Origin: Gemmatimonadales bacterium
GTDB lineage: Bacteria > Gemmatimonadota > Gemmatimonadetes > Gemmatimonadales > GWC2-71-9
Direction of reading: 5' to 3'
NCBI GenBank assembly: GCA_965249575.1
Contig: OZ252244.1
Location: forward strand, 480,001 to 544,000
Length of the DNA: 64,000 nucleotides
A program made the position numbers and the translations under genes. The notes under the pieces are model-generated. The model was given only the letters and a program-made list of their open reading frames with translations. It did not search any database and was not told where the DNA came from. Shown here piece after piece: positions 30,886 to 40,018 of the stretch; position 1 is the stretch's first letter; every line of letters starts with the position of its first letter.

Positions 30886-31544
30886 AGTGCCGCCGTCACC
30901 GCATACACGAACAGGTTGACCCCCATGCGAAGAGCGTCTTGCCGCTTCCCGGGCGGATCGTCATGAACGTCCGGGTCCTCCCACCCGTCACCGAGATCGG
31001 TCTGGTAGGAGTAGTACACCGCTAGCCGCCCGTCGATGAAAATCCCCAACCCCTGCGCTGGCTTCTCGTCATGCTCGTGAATCTTCGGTATCCCACGTGG
31101 GAATTCGTGCACGATATGGTATATCGGGTGGTCCAATGGCACGTCAACCAGTGGCGACCGAGGGAACACTCGGGCCATCTCGCGGCGAAAGGCCTCATCC
31201 ATGCCGTAGTTGTCGTCAGCGTGAAGGAATCCGCCGTTTTCGAGATACTGCCTGAGGGTTCGGATCTCCGCCTCGGAGAAGCTGACGTTTCCATGCCCGG
31301 TCATGTAGAGATAGGGGATCTCCCACAGATCGGCGCTCCGGAGCGTCACGACTCGCTCGCGCTCGGAGACGTCGAAGTCGGTGGTCCGGCGGATCTGGGC
31401 CAGGAGGTTTGACAGGCTCGAGGGGTTCCCGTACCAGTCACCGCCGCCGCCGTATTGAAGGCGCCCGATGGTCATGGGACCGGGCGTCGGGGGATCGACG
31501 CCCAGGACCGCTGCAATGGCGATCGCTGCCGCGGCGATGTTCAC
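30882..31544 (-). CDS. DUF4159 domain protein
   Basis: GGGDWY, YMTGHG, GGFLHADDNY, DLGDGWED, MGVN. Confidence 0.9.
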   Translation of the reverse strand: MNIAAAAIAIAAVLGVDPPTPGPMTIGRLQYGGGGDWYGNPSSLSNLLAQIRRTTDFDVSERERVVTLRSADLWEIPYLYMTGHGNVSFSEAEIRTLRQYLENGGFLHADDNYGMDEAFRREMARVFPRSPLVDVPLDHPIYHIVHEFPRGIPKIHEHDEKPAQGLGIFIDGRLAVYYSYQTDLGDGWEDPDVHDDPPGKRQDALRMGVNLFVYAVTAAL

Positions 31545-32368
31545 GAGCTGGTTACCATGCGATACGCCTCGTTGCGGGACAGCCCGAACTCCGTCGCCAA
31601 TCGTGCGGCCGCGTCCTTCCGGCTCACCCCCCCCGCGAGCAACTCGCTCGCCCGTTCGTGGGCTCGGGGCGATGGCAGTGTCGGCGCGGTGGGTGCGCCC
31701 GCCAGGAGCACCGTCACCTCCCCGCGCGGTGCTCGGCTCTGGTAGTAACCCGCCAGCTCGGTGAGGGTCCCTATCTTCAGCTCCTCGTGGAGTTTAGTGA
31801 GCTCCCGCGCGACCGCGGCGCGCCGCTCTCCACCGCACTTTTCGGCCAAATCGCCGAGCATCGTGACCAGCCGGCCCGGTGCCTCGAAGATGACGACCGT
31901 CCAGTGGCTCGCTGCGGCTTCCGCCAACAGTTTTCGCCTGTGCGGGCCGCGTCGCGGCAGGAACCCAATAAAGATATACCGATCGGCGGGGAACCCGGAC
32001 ACGCTCAGGGCCGCTGTCACCGCACTCGGGCCGGGCACCGACTGGACTTCACCAGCCACCGCTCGGACCCGTCGGACCAGGGCCGCGCCCGGATCGCTCA
32101 CCGAGGGCGTCCCCGCGTCCGTCACCATCGCAACCGAGCCTCCCTCTCCCACCACTCTCGCGATTCGGTCGAGCCGCTCTTCCGGGGAGTGGGCGTGACA
32201 GCTCAGCACCCGGGTCGTGGACTCGACGTGCTGCAGGAGTGTGCGGGTGCGGCGCGTGTCTTCCGCCGCGACGAGATCCACCGTACGCAGAATCTCCGCG
32301 GCCCGCGCGGAGAGATCGCCCAGGTTTCCGAGTGGAGTGGCAACGACGTAGAGGGTCCCCGGCGTCAC
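31541..32368 (-). CDS. rsmI: 16S rRNA (cytidine1402-2'-O)-methyltransferase
   Basis: LYVVATPLGNL, AEDTR, DAGTPSVSDPG, RELTKLHEE. Confidence 0.95.
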   Translation of the reverse strand: MTPGTLYVVATPLGNLGDLSARAAEILRTVDLVAAEDTRRTRTLLQHVESTTRVLSCHAHSPEERLDRIARVVGEGGSVAMVTDAGTPSVSDPGAALVRRVRAVAGEVQSVPGPSAVTAALSVSGFPADRYIFIGFLPRRGPHRRKLLAEAAASHWTVVIFEAPGRLVTMLGDLAEKCGGERRAAVARELTKLHEELKIGTLTELAGYYQSRAPRGEVTVLLAGAPTAPTLPSPRAHERASELLAGGVSRKDAAARLATEFGLSRNEAYRMVTSS

Positions 32369-33381
32369 CAGGTGACGGTCCAGGGGAGCCGATCGTAAAA
32401 GCCGGCCTTTTGGAGAACGAAGCGGTGCTCCTTGGTGGCCTCCTTGAGCACCCTGGACGCCACCCCAGGTGCCAGAATCTCCAGCTGCTCGAACAGTGCC
32501 TTTGCCCACTCGGCCAGCGCCACGGTCAGCTCCGACTTGGTTACGACCTGCGTTTCCGTTCTTCCACCCGATGGAGTCCCAATGGCCTTGAGTGCGGGAT
32601 AGGTGCCGTTCAGCCCGGAAAGGAGATCCGCGGCGCGCCTGGAACCCTCGCCCGGCAACTCCGTCTCCGCCCCCTCCGTGATGCGTCCGAACAGCTCCCG
32701 GTAGGTTTGGATTCGCGCGGGGGACGCCTGCGCGATCAGCTCCTTCGCCGCCGGGAACACCGAAACGGCAAGCGCCGGCCGACGCCCCTCACCGTCCCGC
32801 TCGAACTGACTCTCCACGAAACGAGCCAAGCTGATCCTCTTGACCTTTCCGCAGTAGTACCCGTGCGAGAAATCGCCATCCATGAAGCGCAGGTAGTTGA
32901 TGCGCCCATCGGAGATCAGCTCGACCACCCCGCTGAAGTGTTCGTCCTTCAAATTCGGAAACAGCGAAGCCGGATTGGACTCGTCGAGGTGCCGTCGAAC
33001 CGCAGGGCCCTCACAACTCGCCTGCATCCACGCGAGCTGCTCGATCGGGGCGTCGCAGAACACCAGGTCGGCACGCTCGGTTTCCGTCCGGATCTGATCG
33101 AGCGCGCTCTCGATCGGAAGGGCAGTGCGGTTCTTCCCGGAGAAGGCAAGAGCGGTCGCCAGCTCGCCCTTCTTGAAGAGGAGCAGCACCAGCTCGTGGG
33201 GCAGGTACGCCGCCACGTACCCCTCGATCAGGCCATCCCGATCGACTTTTGCGAAGTGGAGGAGGTTATCCAGGTGAATGAACGAGAGCCGGGTCCGGAA
33301 GATGTGGACCCTGTCATGCGGGAATTCCAGATCGGCCAGCTTGATCGTTGTTTCGTGTAGCTGCGCACTGCCGTGCCGCAT
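32365..33381 (-). CDS. conserved hypothetical protein
   Basis: Long ORF, GTGA-coupled to rsmI; exact start uncertain. Confidence 0.7.
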   Translation of the reverse strand: MRHGSAQLHETTIKLADLEFPHDRVHIFRTRLSFIHLDNLLHFAKVDRDGLIEGYVAAYLPHELVLLLFKKGELATALAFSGKNRTALPIESALDQIRTETERADLVFCDAPIEQLAWMQASCEGPAVRRHLDESNPASLFPNLKDEHFSGVVELISDGRINYLRFMDGDFSHGYYCGKVKRISLARFVESQFERDGEGRRPALAVSVFPAAKELIAQASPARIQTYRELFGRITEGAETELPGEGSRRAADLLSGLNGTYPALKAIGTPSGGRTETQVVTKSELTVALAEWAKALFEQLEILAPGVASRVLKEATKEHRFVLQKAGFYDRLPWTVTW

Positions 33382-33518
33382 GCGATTCACCTGTTGGAGC
33401 AGTACCTCACCGATCGACTCAGTCCGGACCGGGTGCCTGGCACCCGCCGCGACGCACACCACTCCTCAGGCAGCGGGAGCGACCGCTGGGGACCGCTCCC
33501 GCATAGGCTTTCAATGAC

Positions 33519-33851
33519 CTAGCCGAGGTGGTGCTCGACCTTTTCTACAAGATATGCTTTCGGCACTGCGCCCACCACGGTATCCACGTGCGCGCCGTTC
33601 TTGAAGAACAGCACGCTCGGAATCGACCGGACGTTGAAGCGCATGGGAGTCTGCGGATGAGCGTCCACGTCCAGCTTCGCCACTTTGACTTTCCCATTGT
33701 AATCTTCAGCGATCTGTTCGATCGACGGTGCGATCACCTGACAGGGGCCACACCAGGCGGCCCAGAAGTCGACCACAACCAGACCCTTGTGTCCCTCGAC
33801 ATCCTGCACGAATCCATCGTCCGTCGCTTCGAGTATGTTCTTCCCTGCCAT
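33519..33851 (-). CDS. trxA: thioredoxin
   Basis: VDFWAAWCGPC, SIP, RBS GAAGGGGAG. Confidence 0.96.
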   Translation of the reverse strand: MAGKNILEATDDGFVQDVEGHKGLVVVDFWAAWCGPCQVIAPSIEQIAEDYNGKVKVAKLDVDAHPQTPMRFNVRSIPSVLFFKNGAHVDTVVGAVPKAYLVEKVEHHLG

Positions 33852-33934
33852 GAAAATCTCCCCTTCATTATGTTGAGCGCTTAGGACCCTATGGGCCCGA
33901 TTGCGATGGTCCAGCCATTCAGCACGGAGGACCC

Positions 33935-34333
33935 GTGACACTTCCCGACGCCAGGGTGGCGCACATCGGGGTCGCGGTGGCCGATGTTTCTTCGGCGGCC
34001 CGCTTCTACCGCGACGTCCTGGGCCTGCCAGTCGGCGCGCCGGAGACTTCCGACGGCGCCCGAATCGTGTCGATTTCGTTCGGCGACACCGATGTCGAGC
34101 TGCTCGAACCAGTCACCCCCGACGGACCGATCGCCAAGTTCCTCGCCAAGCGCGGACCGGGGATCCATCACATCTGCCTTCGCGTGCCGAACCTGGAGGC
34201 TGCCCTCGAGCGCTGCCGGCACGCTGGGTATCGCCTCATCGACGAACACCCGCGACCCGGCGCGGGCGGTCGGCGAGTCGCGTTCTTGCATCCGAAAGAC
34301 ACGTCGGGGATCCTACTGGAGTTGACGGACTAG
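33935..34333 (+). CDS. mce: methylmalonyl-CoA epimerase (VOC family)
   Basis: HIGVAV, ELLEP, GPGIHHIC, FLHPK...GILLEL. Confidence 0.9.
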   Translation: MTLPDARVAHIGVAVADVSSAARFYRDVLGLPVGAPETSDGARIVSISFGDTDVELLEPVTPDGPIAKFLAKRGPGIHHICLRVPNLEAALERCRHAGYRLIDEHPRPGAGGRRVAFLHPKDTSGILLELTD

Positions 34334-34396
34334 GTGCCAGGTTCCAGGTGTCGGGGTTCAGGGGGCTCGGGGGCGGACCTGGGCACCTGACACCTC
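34332..34396. repeat. heptamer tandem repeats with inverted copies between convergent genes (possible terminator)
   Basis: AGGTGCC AGGTTCC AGGTGTC GGGGTTC followed by GACCTGG GCACCTG ACACCTC. Confidence 0.55.
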
Positions 34397-34428
34397 GCGC
34401 TCACCCCACCAAACGACCACGCCACCCC

Positions 34429-34941
34429 TCAGGTTCCCTCAGGAGGCCGCTGCGGCCTGCGGTTTCCGGGAGAGCAGCGCTGAGCAGGGTTTCCGGCGGC
34501 GGCAAGGTCGACTGACACAACGAGCCAGCCGTCGTCCCAGGGCACCAGCGTGAATGGCACGACCGGGCGGCATCCCCTGCGCTCGAGTCCCACCTCGAAC
34601 AATCTCCGTCCCGTCCTACCGAGCACCGGGACATCCGACGGCAGAATCTCGTAGGAGTCGTGTTGTAAGTACGTTCGCATGACCGTGAGCCGCTTCTCGA
34701 GATCGTCCCTTGGGATCGAACGCTCGGCGGGGCCCCGTTCGGTGCCCCATAGTGCACTCATGTCACGGAGGTTATTCACCGTCGCCGCTGCCAAGAACGC
34801 TCGAATCGTCGCTGCGGGATCCGCCGGTGCCGGAATGGCGGGTTGATAGCCACCGCCACACCCTACGAGCAGTGATAGGACGGCCACGAGGGACAACGGG
34901 CGCGATGCTTGCGCCGCAATGGTGGAAGCGCCGAAGTTCAC
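34429..34941 (-). CDS. lipoprotein
   Basis: 'LSLLVGC' lipobox, NTF2-like body. Confidence 0.7.
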   Translation of the reverse strand: MNFGASTIAAQASRPLSLVAVLSLLVGCGGGYQPAIPAPADPAATIRAFLAAATVNNLRDMSALWGTERGPAERSIPRDDLEKRLTVMRTYLQHDSYEILPSDVPVLGRTGRRLFEVGLERRGCRPVVPFTLVPWDDGWLVVSVDLAAAGNPAQRCSPGNRRPQRPPEGT

Positions 34942-34985
34942 GTGGCACGAAGCTAAGGACTCCTGCTATCGAGGGCAAGCGGGAT

Positions 34986-35708
34986 ATGCGACTGTATGTC
35001 AACATCGATCACGTCGCGACGGTGCGTCAGGCCCGCCGCGGCCTCGCACCCGACCCCGTGGCCGCGGCAGAGGAATGCGAGCGATCGGGCGCGGACGGAA
35101 TCACCGTCCATTTGCGCGAGGACCGGCGGCACATTCAGCTTGAGGACGTGACGGCGCTGGCCAAAACCGTCACGACGGTCCTGAACCTCGAGCTGTCGAT
35201 CGCGCCTGAAATCGTCGAGGTTGCCACCGGGCTGGCACCACATCAGGCAACCCTCGTTCCGGAGCGTCGCGAGGAGATCACGACCGAAGGGGGCCTCAAC
35301 CTCCGATCAATCTCAGGCGAGCCCGATCCGCGCATTCGGACGGCCATTGACCGGTTGCGGGCCGCCGGCATTCGCGTGAGCCTGTTCATCGATCCGGATC
35401 CCGAAACCATCGAGACAGCGAGCGTGCTCGGGGCCACGGCAATCGAGCTCCATACAGGCGAGTATGCGAATGCCGGGGGAGCCGCCCCCGAACTCGAGCG
35501 CCTTCGCGCCGCCGCGCGGCTCGCCCGGGCTGGGGGCTTGGCCGTGCACGCGGGCCACGGGTTGAACTACGAGAACGTGCAGCCGGTCGCCGCCATCGAG
35601 GAGATCGAGGAGCTGAACATTGGCCATAGCATCGTGAGCCGCGCGATATTCGTCGGAATGGCCCGGGCGGTCGAGGAAATGGGCCGGTTGGTCCGGGACT
35701 CGCGTTGA
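34986..35708 (+). CDS. pdxJ: pyridoxine 5'-phosphate synthase
   Basis: VNIDHVAT, HLREDRRH, TTEGG, AGHGL, NIGH. Confidence 0.97.
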   Translation: MRLYVNIDHVATVRQARRGLAPDPVAAAEECERSGADGITVHLREDRRHIQLEDVTALAKTVTTVLNLELSIAPEIVEVATGLAPHQATLVPERREEITTEGGLNLRSISGEPDPRIRTAIDRLRAAGIRVSLFIDPDPETIETASVLGATAIELHTGEYANAGGAAPELERLRAAARLARAGGLAVHAGHGLNYENVQPVAAIEEIEELNIGHSIVSRAIFVGMARAVEEMGRLVRDSR

Positions 35709-35760
35709 CCAGGCTCCTGCGCGACAATAGTTTGGCCGACACTACTGTGAGCACGAGACC

Positions 35761-37497
35761 ATGACGCAGCCGATGGGAATGACGGACTTTTTCGCGATGG
35801 AGGCGGGCGAGTACCTCGAGCGCCTCGATGCCGTCGTGTCGTCGTCCCAGACCCCCTCGGCCGACGAATTCGTCCGCTTCGCCCGGGCGCTGCGAGGGTC
35901 GGCCCTGATGGCGAACCAAACCGCGATCGCCGCGGCGTCAGCCGGCCTCGAGGCGTTTGCGCGAGCCGTTGGTGAGGGGCGGCGGGCCTGGGACCCGGGC
36001 ACCAAGCAGATCGCGATCCGCTCGGTAGACGATCTCAAGATTCTGGTTCGGAAGGTCGGGTCGGATTGGACCCCCGACGATGATGCCAAGGCACGAGCCA
36101 TCGCCGTCGAGTTGCATCAAACCGTGGGCGGCGAAGGGCGCCCCCCGACCGCTACGCAGCCCGCGGTGCGGGCCATTGATGCGGGACCCGACGCCGGCGC
36201 CCGGGCGTTCGTTGCGCGCGAAGGCGCGGCAGTGGCCAGCGCGCTCGACCGGGCCGCGACGGTCCTCGGACAGAACCCTCTGGCGCACGACCAGCTGCAA
36301 TCGGTACTCCGCGCCATGCAGCCCCTACGCGGCCTGGCCGGGCTGGCTGACCTCCCGCCCATGCCCGACCTCCTTGACGGGGTGGAGCGTGCGATTGGGG
36401 AGATCACCCGGAGTCGCACGCCAGTGAGCGAGGCGGGGGCGATCTTCGGCGCGGCGGCAGCGGCGCTCACGCGTGCCACCAAAGAGGTGGCTGCGACGGG
36501 CAAGCCGGCCGCCGACTCGCACGAGATGACCGAGTTCGCCCAGCGGCTCCAGGCCATCGTCGACGAGGAGGGCGACGTCGTCGCGATCGACTCGCTGTTT
36601 CACGAAGATGACGGGCCGCACATCGTGCAGGCCGGCAAGAAATCGGCGCTGCCGGGGACGCTGTCACGGGTCGAGCTCGTCGCCCACGGCGAGCATCTGC
36701 GGCAGGCCGCCGACAGCTTGGACAAGGCGGAGACCAACACGCAGCGCGAGCTTCGGGCGCACGCGCTCGCGGCAACGTTCCGCGCACTGGCGGGGGCGGG
36801 TGGGAGCCGGATGGCCGCGGCCGCTGCCGAATTCGCGAGCGCCGCGCGTGACGCGGTGACCCGGGGAACGGCCGTTCGCCAGGCGACCGATTTCGCGGTG
36901 TTACTCCGCAAGGCCGGCATGGTGCTGAGCGCGCCAGCCGACCGCGAGGACGCAGAGCTCGCGAGCCGGCTCTCGGACCTGACGTCCCGCCTCCGGGACC
37001 TTGAGACGGGCGCGCCGACGCCGCCAGCCGAGGTGCCCACCCCGGCACCAGCGCCCGCGCCGCCCACCCCGGAGCCACAGGCGGCTCCACCAGCGCCCAC
37101 AGTAGCCGCCCCAGCGCCAGCGCCCCCTTCGCCGTCCGGGCCAGCGGCCGACGAGACGCCCGACCTCGTTGGCAGTCTCCTGCGATACGACCGTTACGTC
37201 GCAGAGTTGGGGCTGGACAACCCTTCCCTCGATGAGTTCCTCGCCGGCCCGCCCGCCGATCCCGGGGCCGCCACAGCGGCGCCGGCACCGGCAGCGCCTG
37301 CGGGCTCGGACGACACAGCGACCGTCGGCATCGAGACACTCTGCTACAGTGGCCCCAACGCCTTCGAGCGCGCTTTGAGCCTGCGGGAAAGTGTCCGGGC
37401 CGCGCTCGCCGACCCCAGCGCCGACCGCCGCAGGGTGCAGGATCTCATCGAGGAAATCTTCGATCTCGTACAACTCGGACTCCCGGCGGCGAGCTAG
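35761..37497 (+). CDS. hypothetical protein with Hpt-like helical repeats
   Basis: 'FFAMEAGEYLERL...RALRGSALMA' resembles CheA-P1/Hpt; Pro-rich linker. Confidence 0.75.
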   Translation: MTQPMGMTDFFAMEAGEYLERLDAVVSSSQTPSADEFVRFARALRGSALMANQTAIAAASAGLEAFARAVGEGRRAWDPGTKQIAIRSVDDLKILVRKVGSDWTPDDDAKARAIAVELHQTVGGEGRPPTATQPAVRAIDAGPDAGARAFVAREGAAVASALDRAATVLGQNPLAHDQLQSVLRAMQPLRGLAGLADLPPMPDLLDGVERAIGEITRSRTPVSEAGAIFGAAAAALTRATKEVAATGKPAADSHEMTEFAQRLQAIVDEEGDVVAIDSLFHEDDGPHIVQAGKKSALPGTLSRVELVAHGEHLRQAADSLDKAETNTQRELRAHALAATFRALAGAGGSRMAAAAAEFASAARDAVTRGTAVRQATDFAVLLRKAGMVLSAPADREDAELASRLSDLTSRLRDLETGAPTPPAEVPTPAPAPAPPTPEPQAAPPAPTVAAPAPAPPSPSGPAADETPDLVGSLLRYDRYVAELGLDNPSLDEFLAGPPADPGAATAAPAPAAPAGSDDTATVGIETLCYSGPNAFERALSLRESVRAALADPSADRRRVQDLIEEIFDLVQLGLPAAS

Positions 37498-37522
37498 TTC
37501 CACGCGCGCCCGCTGGACTGGG

Positions 37523-38530
37523 GTGGTCGGCATCATCATTTCCGCCGCCCTGCTCTGGTGGGTGCTGCACGACATCTCGTTCGGCGAAGTGTGGCACATC
37601 ATCCGCCGGACCAAGCCGCTCCCCCTGATGCTCGCGGTCGCGGTCGCGACCGTCACCTTCCCACTCAGAGCCGAGCGCTGGCGTTACCTGTTGCGACTCA
37701 ACGGACAGGAAATCCCGTTCGCTCCGCTTTGGCACGCGACGGCGATCGGCTTCATGGCCAACAACGTGCTACCGGCTCGCGCGGGTGAGCTCGCTCGCGC
37801 CTATGCGGCGGATCGCCTCACGGGCGTCCGGTTCTCGACCGCCGTCGCCTCGATCGCGGTGGAGCGCGTGATGGACGGCCTCGCGATGGTCGCGCTCCTC
37901 CTGATCGGCATCGCGTTCGGCGGTTTCGATCCGGGCACCAAAATCGGCGGATTCACCTTGACGGGAATCGCATCCTGGATGGGCCTGGCGTTTGGCGCCC
38001 TCCTCGTCGTGTCCGTGGTCGTCGTGCACTGGCCCGGGCCGCCACTCGCGGCGTCGCGGTGGCTGGCCACGCACCTGCTACCGGAATCCCTCGCGCGGCG
38101 CGCGGTGAGCTTGGTCGAGGGCCTCTTGTCGGGAATGGAGGCACTCCGCAGCCCGGTGCGGTTCGCGAAGATCGCCGCCTGGTCCATGGTGATCTGGTGC
38201 ACGTACGCGGTGTCGTACATAGTCTGTTTTCGGGCGTTCGACATGGACGTGTCGTGGACCGCCGGGTTCATGCTCCAGGCGTTGATCGCCTTCGGCATCG
38301 CGATCCCTTCTTCGCCGGGTTTCTTCGGCCCCTTCGAGGCGGTCACGCGAGCCACCCTCGCGCTCTACGGCGTGGGACCCGACCTCGCCGTCTCGTTCGC
38401 CATCGTCTACCATATCGCGTCGTTTCTCCCGATCACGCTCATGGGCTTCTGGTCGCTCTCGCGCGCGCACCTGCATCTCGCCGACCTGCGGCAGGCCGCA
38501 CCGTCTACGGAAAGCGCCCCGGAGGACTGA
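37523..38530 (+). CDS. lysylphosphatidylglycerol synthase TM-domain (flippase-like) protein
   Basis: 'LRAERW', 'NNVLPARAGE', 'ERVMD', 'PSSPGFFG'; start approximate. Confidence 0.88.
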   Translation: MVGIIISAALLWWVLHDISFGEVWHIIRRTKPLPLMLAVAVATVTFPLRAERWRYLLRLNGQEIPFAPLWHATAIGFMANNVLPARAGELARAYAADRLTGVRFSTAVASIAVERVMDGLAMVALLLIGIAFGGFDPGTKIGGFTLTGIASWMGLAFGALLVVSVVVVHWPGPPLAASRWLATHLLPESLARRAVSLVEGLLSGMEALRSPVRFAKIAAWSMVIWCTYAVSYIVCFRAFDMDVSWTAGFMLQALIAFGIAIPSSPGFFGPFEAVTRATLALYGVGPDLAVSFAIVYHIASFLPITLMGFWSLSRAHLHLADLRQAAPSTESAPED

Positions 38531-39420
38531 CGGAGACGGTCCGCGCGGCCGCGCACGCCAAGGCGAACCTCTTTCTCCGCGTGTTCGGAAAAGAGGAAGA
38601 CGGCTACCACGGCATCGAGACGCTCTTCACCCTGCTCGAGCTCGAGGACGACCTGACGTTCGAGCGGACGGCGGTGGCGGGCGAGGTCGAGTTGAGCGTG
38701 GAAGGACCGGACGCCGGCCCCGCGGAGCAGAACCTCGCCTACCTCGGCGCCAAGGCCGCTCTCGACGCCACCGGAAACCGGTTCGGGGTCCGCATTCGTC
38801 TCGCGAAAGCGATCCCGGTCGCGGCCGGACTCGGCGGCGGCTCGAGTGACGGCGCGGCAGCGCTCCACGCCGTCAACGCGCTTGCATCCAGCCCGATCCC
38901 GCGCCACGAGATTCTCCAGATCGCCTCCACGCTCGGGAGCGACGTCGCCTTTTTCGCCAGCGGCGCGCCGCTGGCGCTGGGTTGGGGTCGAGGCGAGCGC
39001 CTGTTCAGAATTGATCCACCGCCCGCCGCACCCGTGTTGCTCGCCGTGCCCACGTTCGGCATCAGCACTCGCGAAGCGTACACCTCGCTCGACACCGCGC
39101 GCACTGGCACGGGCCGGCGGGGAAGCATCGTCCTCGACCCCACGGCCTTCGCATCCTGGGGCGGTATCGGCCGGCTCGGCGGCAACGACTTCGAGGGCCC
39201 GGTATTCACAAAAGAGCCCGCACTCAGAGAGCTATTCGAGAAGGTGGCCGGCACCCGGCCGCTGCTCGTCCGCCTCTCGGGCTCCGGCTCGGCGGTCATT
39301 GCGATCTACAAGAATGAAGGGGACAGAGACGACGCAGCGATGGCAGTGGGGGAGGGAGAGCAGAAGCTGATCCGCACCGCGACTCGGCCCGACCCCGCAC
39401 CGCCACCCCGAAGCCAGTAA
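38527..39420 (+). CDS. ispE: 4-diphosphocytidyl-2-C-methyl-D-erythritol kinase
   Basis: AKANLFL, IPVAAGLGGGSSD, GSDV, LSGSGS; apparent CTG start. Confidence 0.95.
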   Translation: MTETVRAAAHAKANLFLRVFGKEEDGYHGIETLFTLLELEDDLTFERTAVAGEVELSVEGPDAGPAEQNLAYLGAKAALDATGNRFGVRIRLAKAIPVAAGLGGGSSDGAAALHAVNALASSPIPRHEILQIASTLGSDVAFFASGAPLALGWGRGERLFRIDPPPAAPVLLAVPTFGISTREAYTSLDTARTGTGRRGSIVLDPTAFASWGGIGRLGGNDFEGPVFTKEPALRELFEKVAGTRPLLVRLSGSGSAVIAIYKNEGDRDDAAMAVGEGEQKLIRTATRPDPAPPPRSQ

Positions 39421-39627
39421 GGAGTCCCCTCCCCACCCGACCCATACCGAGTGAGGAGTGAGGAGGCTGCCCCCACGCGCACACCAACTCCCTCCCGCGG
39501 GTGGAGAAGGGTGGCCTCCTTACTCGGTGGAGAGGCGGGGCTGCCGGGCCTCCTCACTGGAACCGGTGGTGTACCAGCGCAGAGATCGGTACCATACATC
39601 CGTCCGGGCGGGCGCGCCGCCCCGCAA

Positions 39628-39698
39628 TGGCCCCTCGTCCAATGGCAGGACACCGGTCTTTGGATCCGGTAATGGTGGTTCGAATCCACCGGGGCCAA
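39628..39698 (+). tRNA. tRNA-Gln(TTG)
   Basis: TGGCCCC/GGGGCCA acceptor stem, CTTTGGA anticodon loop, GGTTCGAATCC; follows ispE as usual. Confidence 0.96.
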
Positions 39699-39760
39699 TT
39701 GGCTTCTAAGTTATTGTAAAAATGAGACTTATGAGGCAGGAAGTGGAGGCCCGCAAATCA

Positions 39761-39791
39761 GGGGTGTCCAAGGTTTGGTACAAGGTTGGGA
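39761..39791 (+). repeat. 31-bp exact direct repeat, copy 1 (integrase arm-like)
   Basis: GGGGTGTCCAAGGTTTGGTACAAGGTTGGGA, identical at 46211. Confidence 0.9.
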
Positions 39792-39825
39792 CTGGTTAGT
39801 GGCTGCAGTGCCGTTCGGCTGACGC

Positions 39826-39900
39826 TCAGTTCCCTTCCCCCGTCAGCCGCCGCACCTCCTCGAACCAGTTGAGCACGACGATGATCGGGGTACCCCGCTC
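39826..39900 (-). pseudogene. kinase-TolB 3' stub
   Basis: PIIVVLNWFEEVRRLTGKGN*; 35 nt identical to 46737-46771. Confidence 0.85.
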
Positions 39901-40018
39901 AGATCGTCGTGCATGCCACTCTCCTGACTCGGCCAAGAAGACCTTTGATCGGGAGCGTGCGACGGCGCCCGATGCCCCGGTGATTTGACCGTGGCCTCGG
40001 GCACCGCCGACTGATCCA

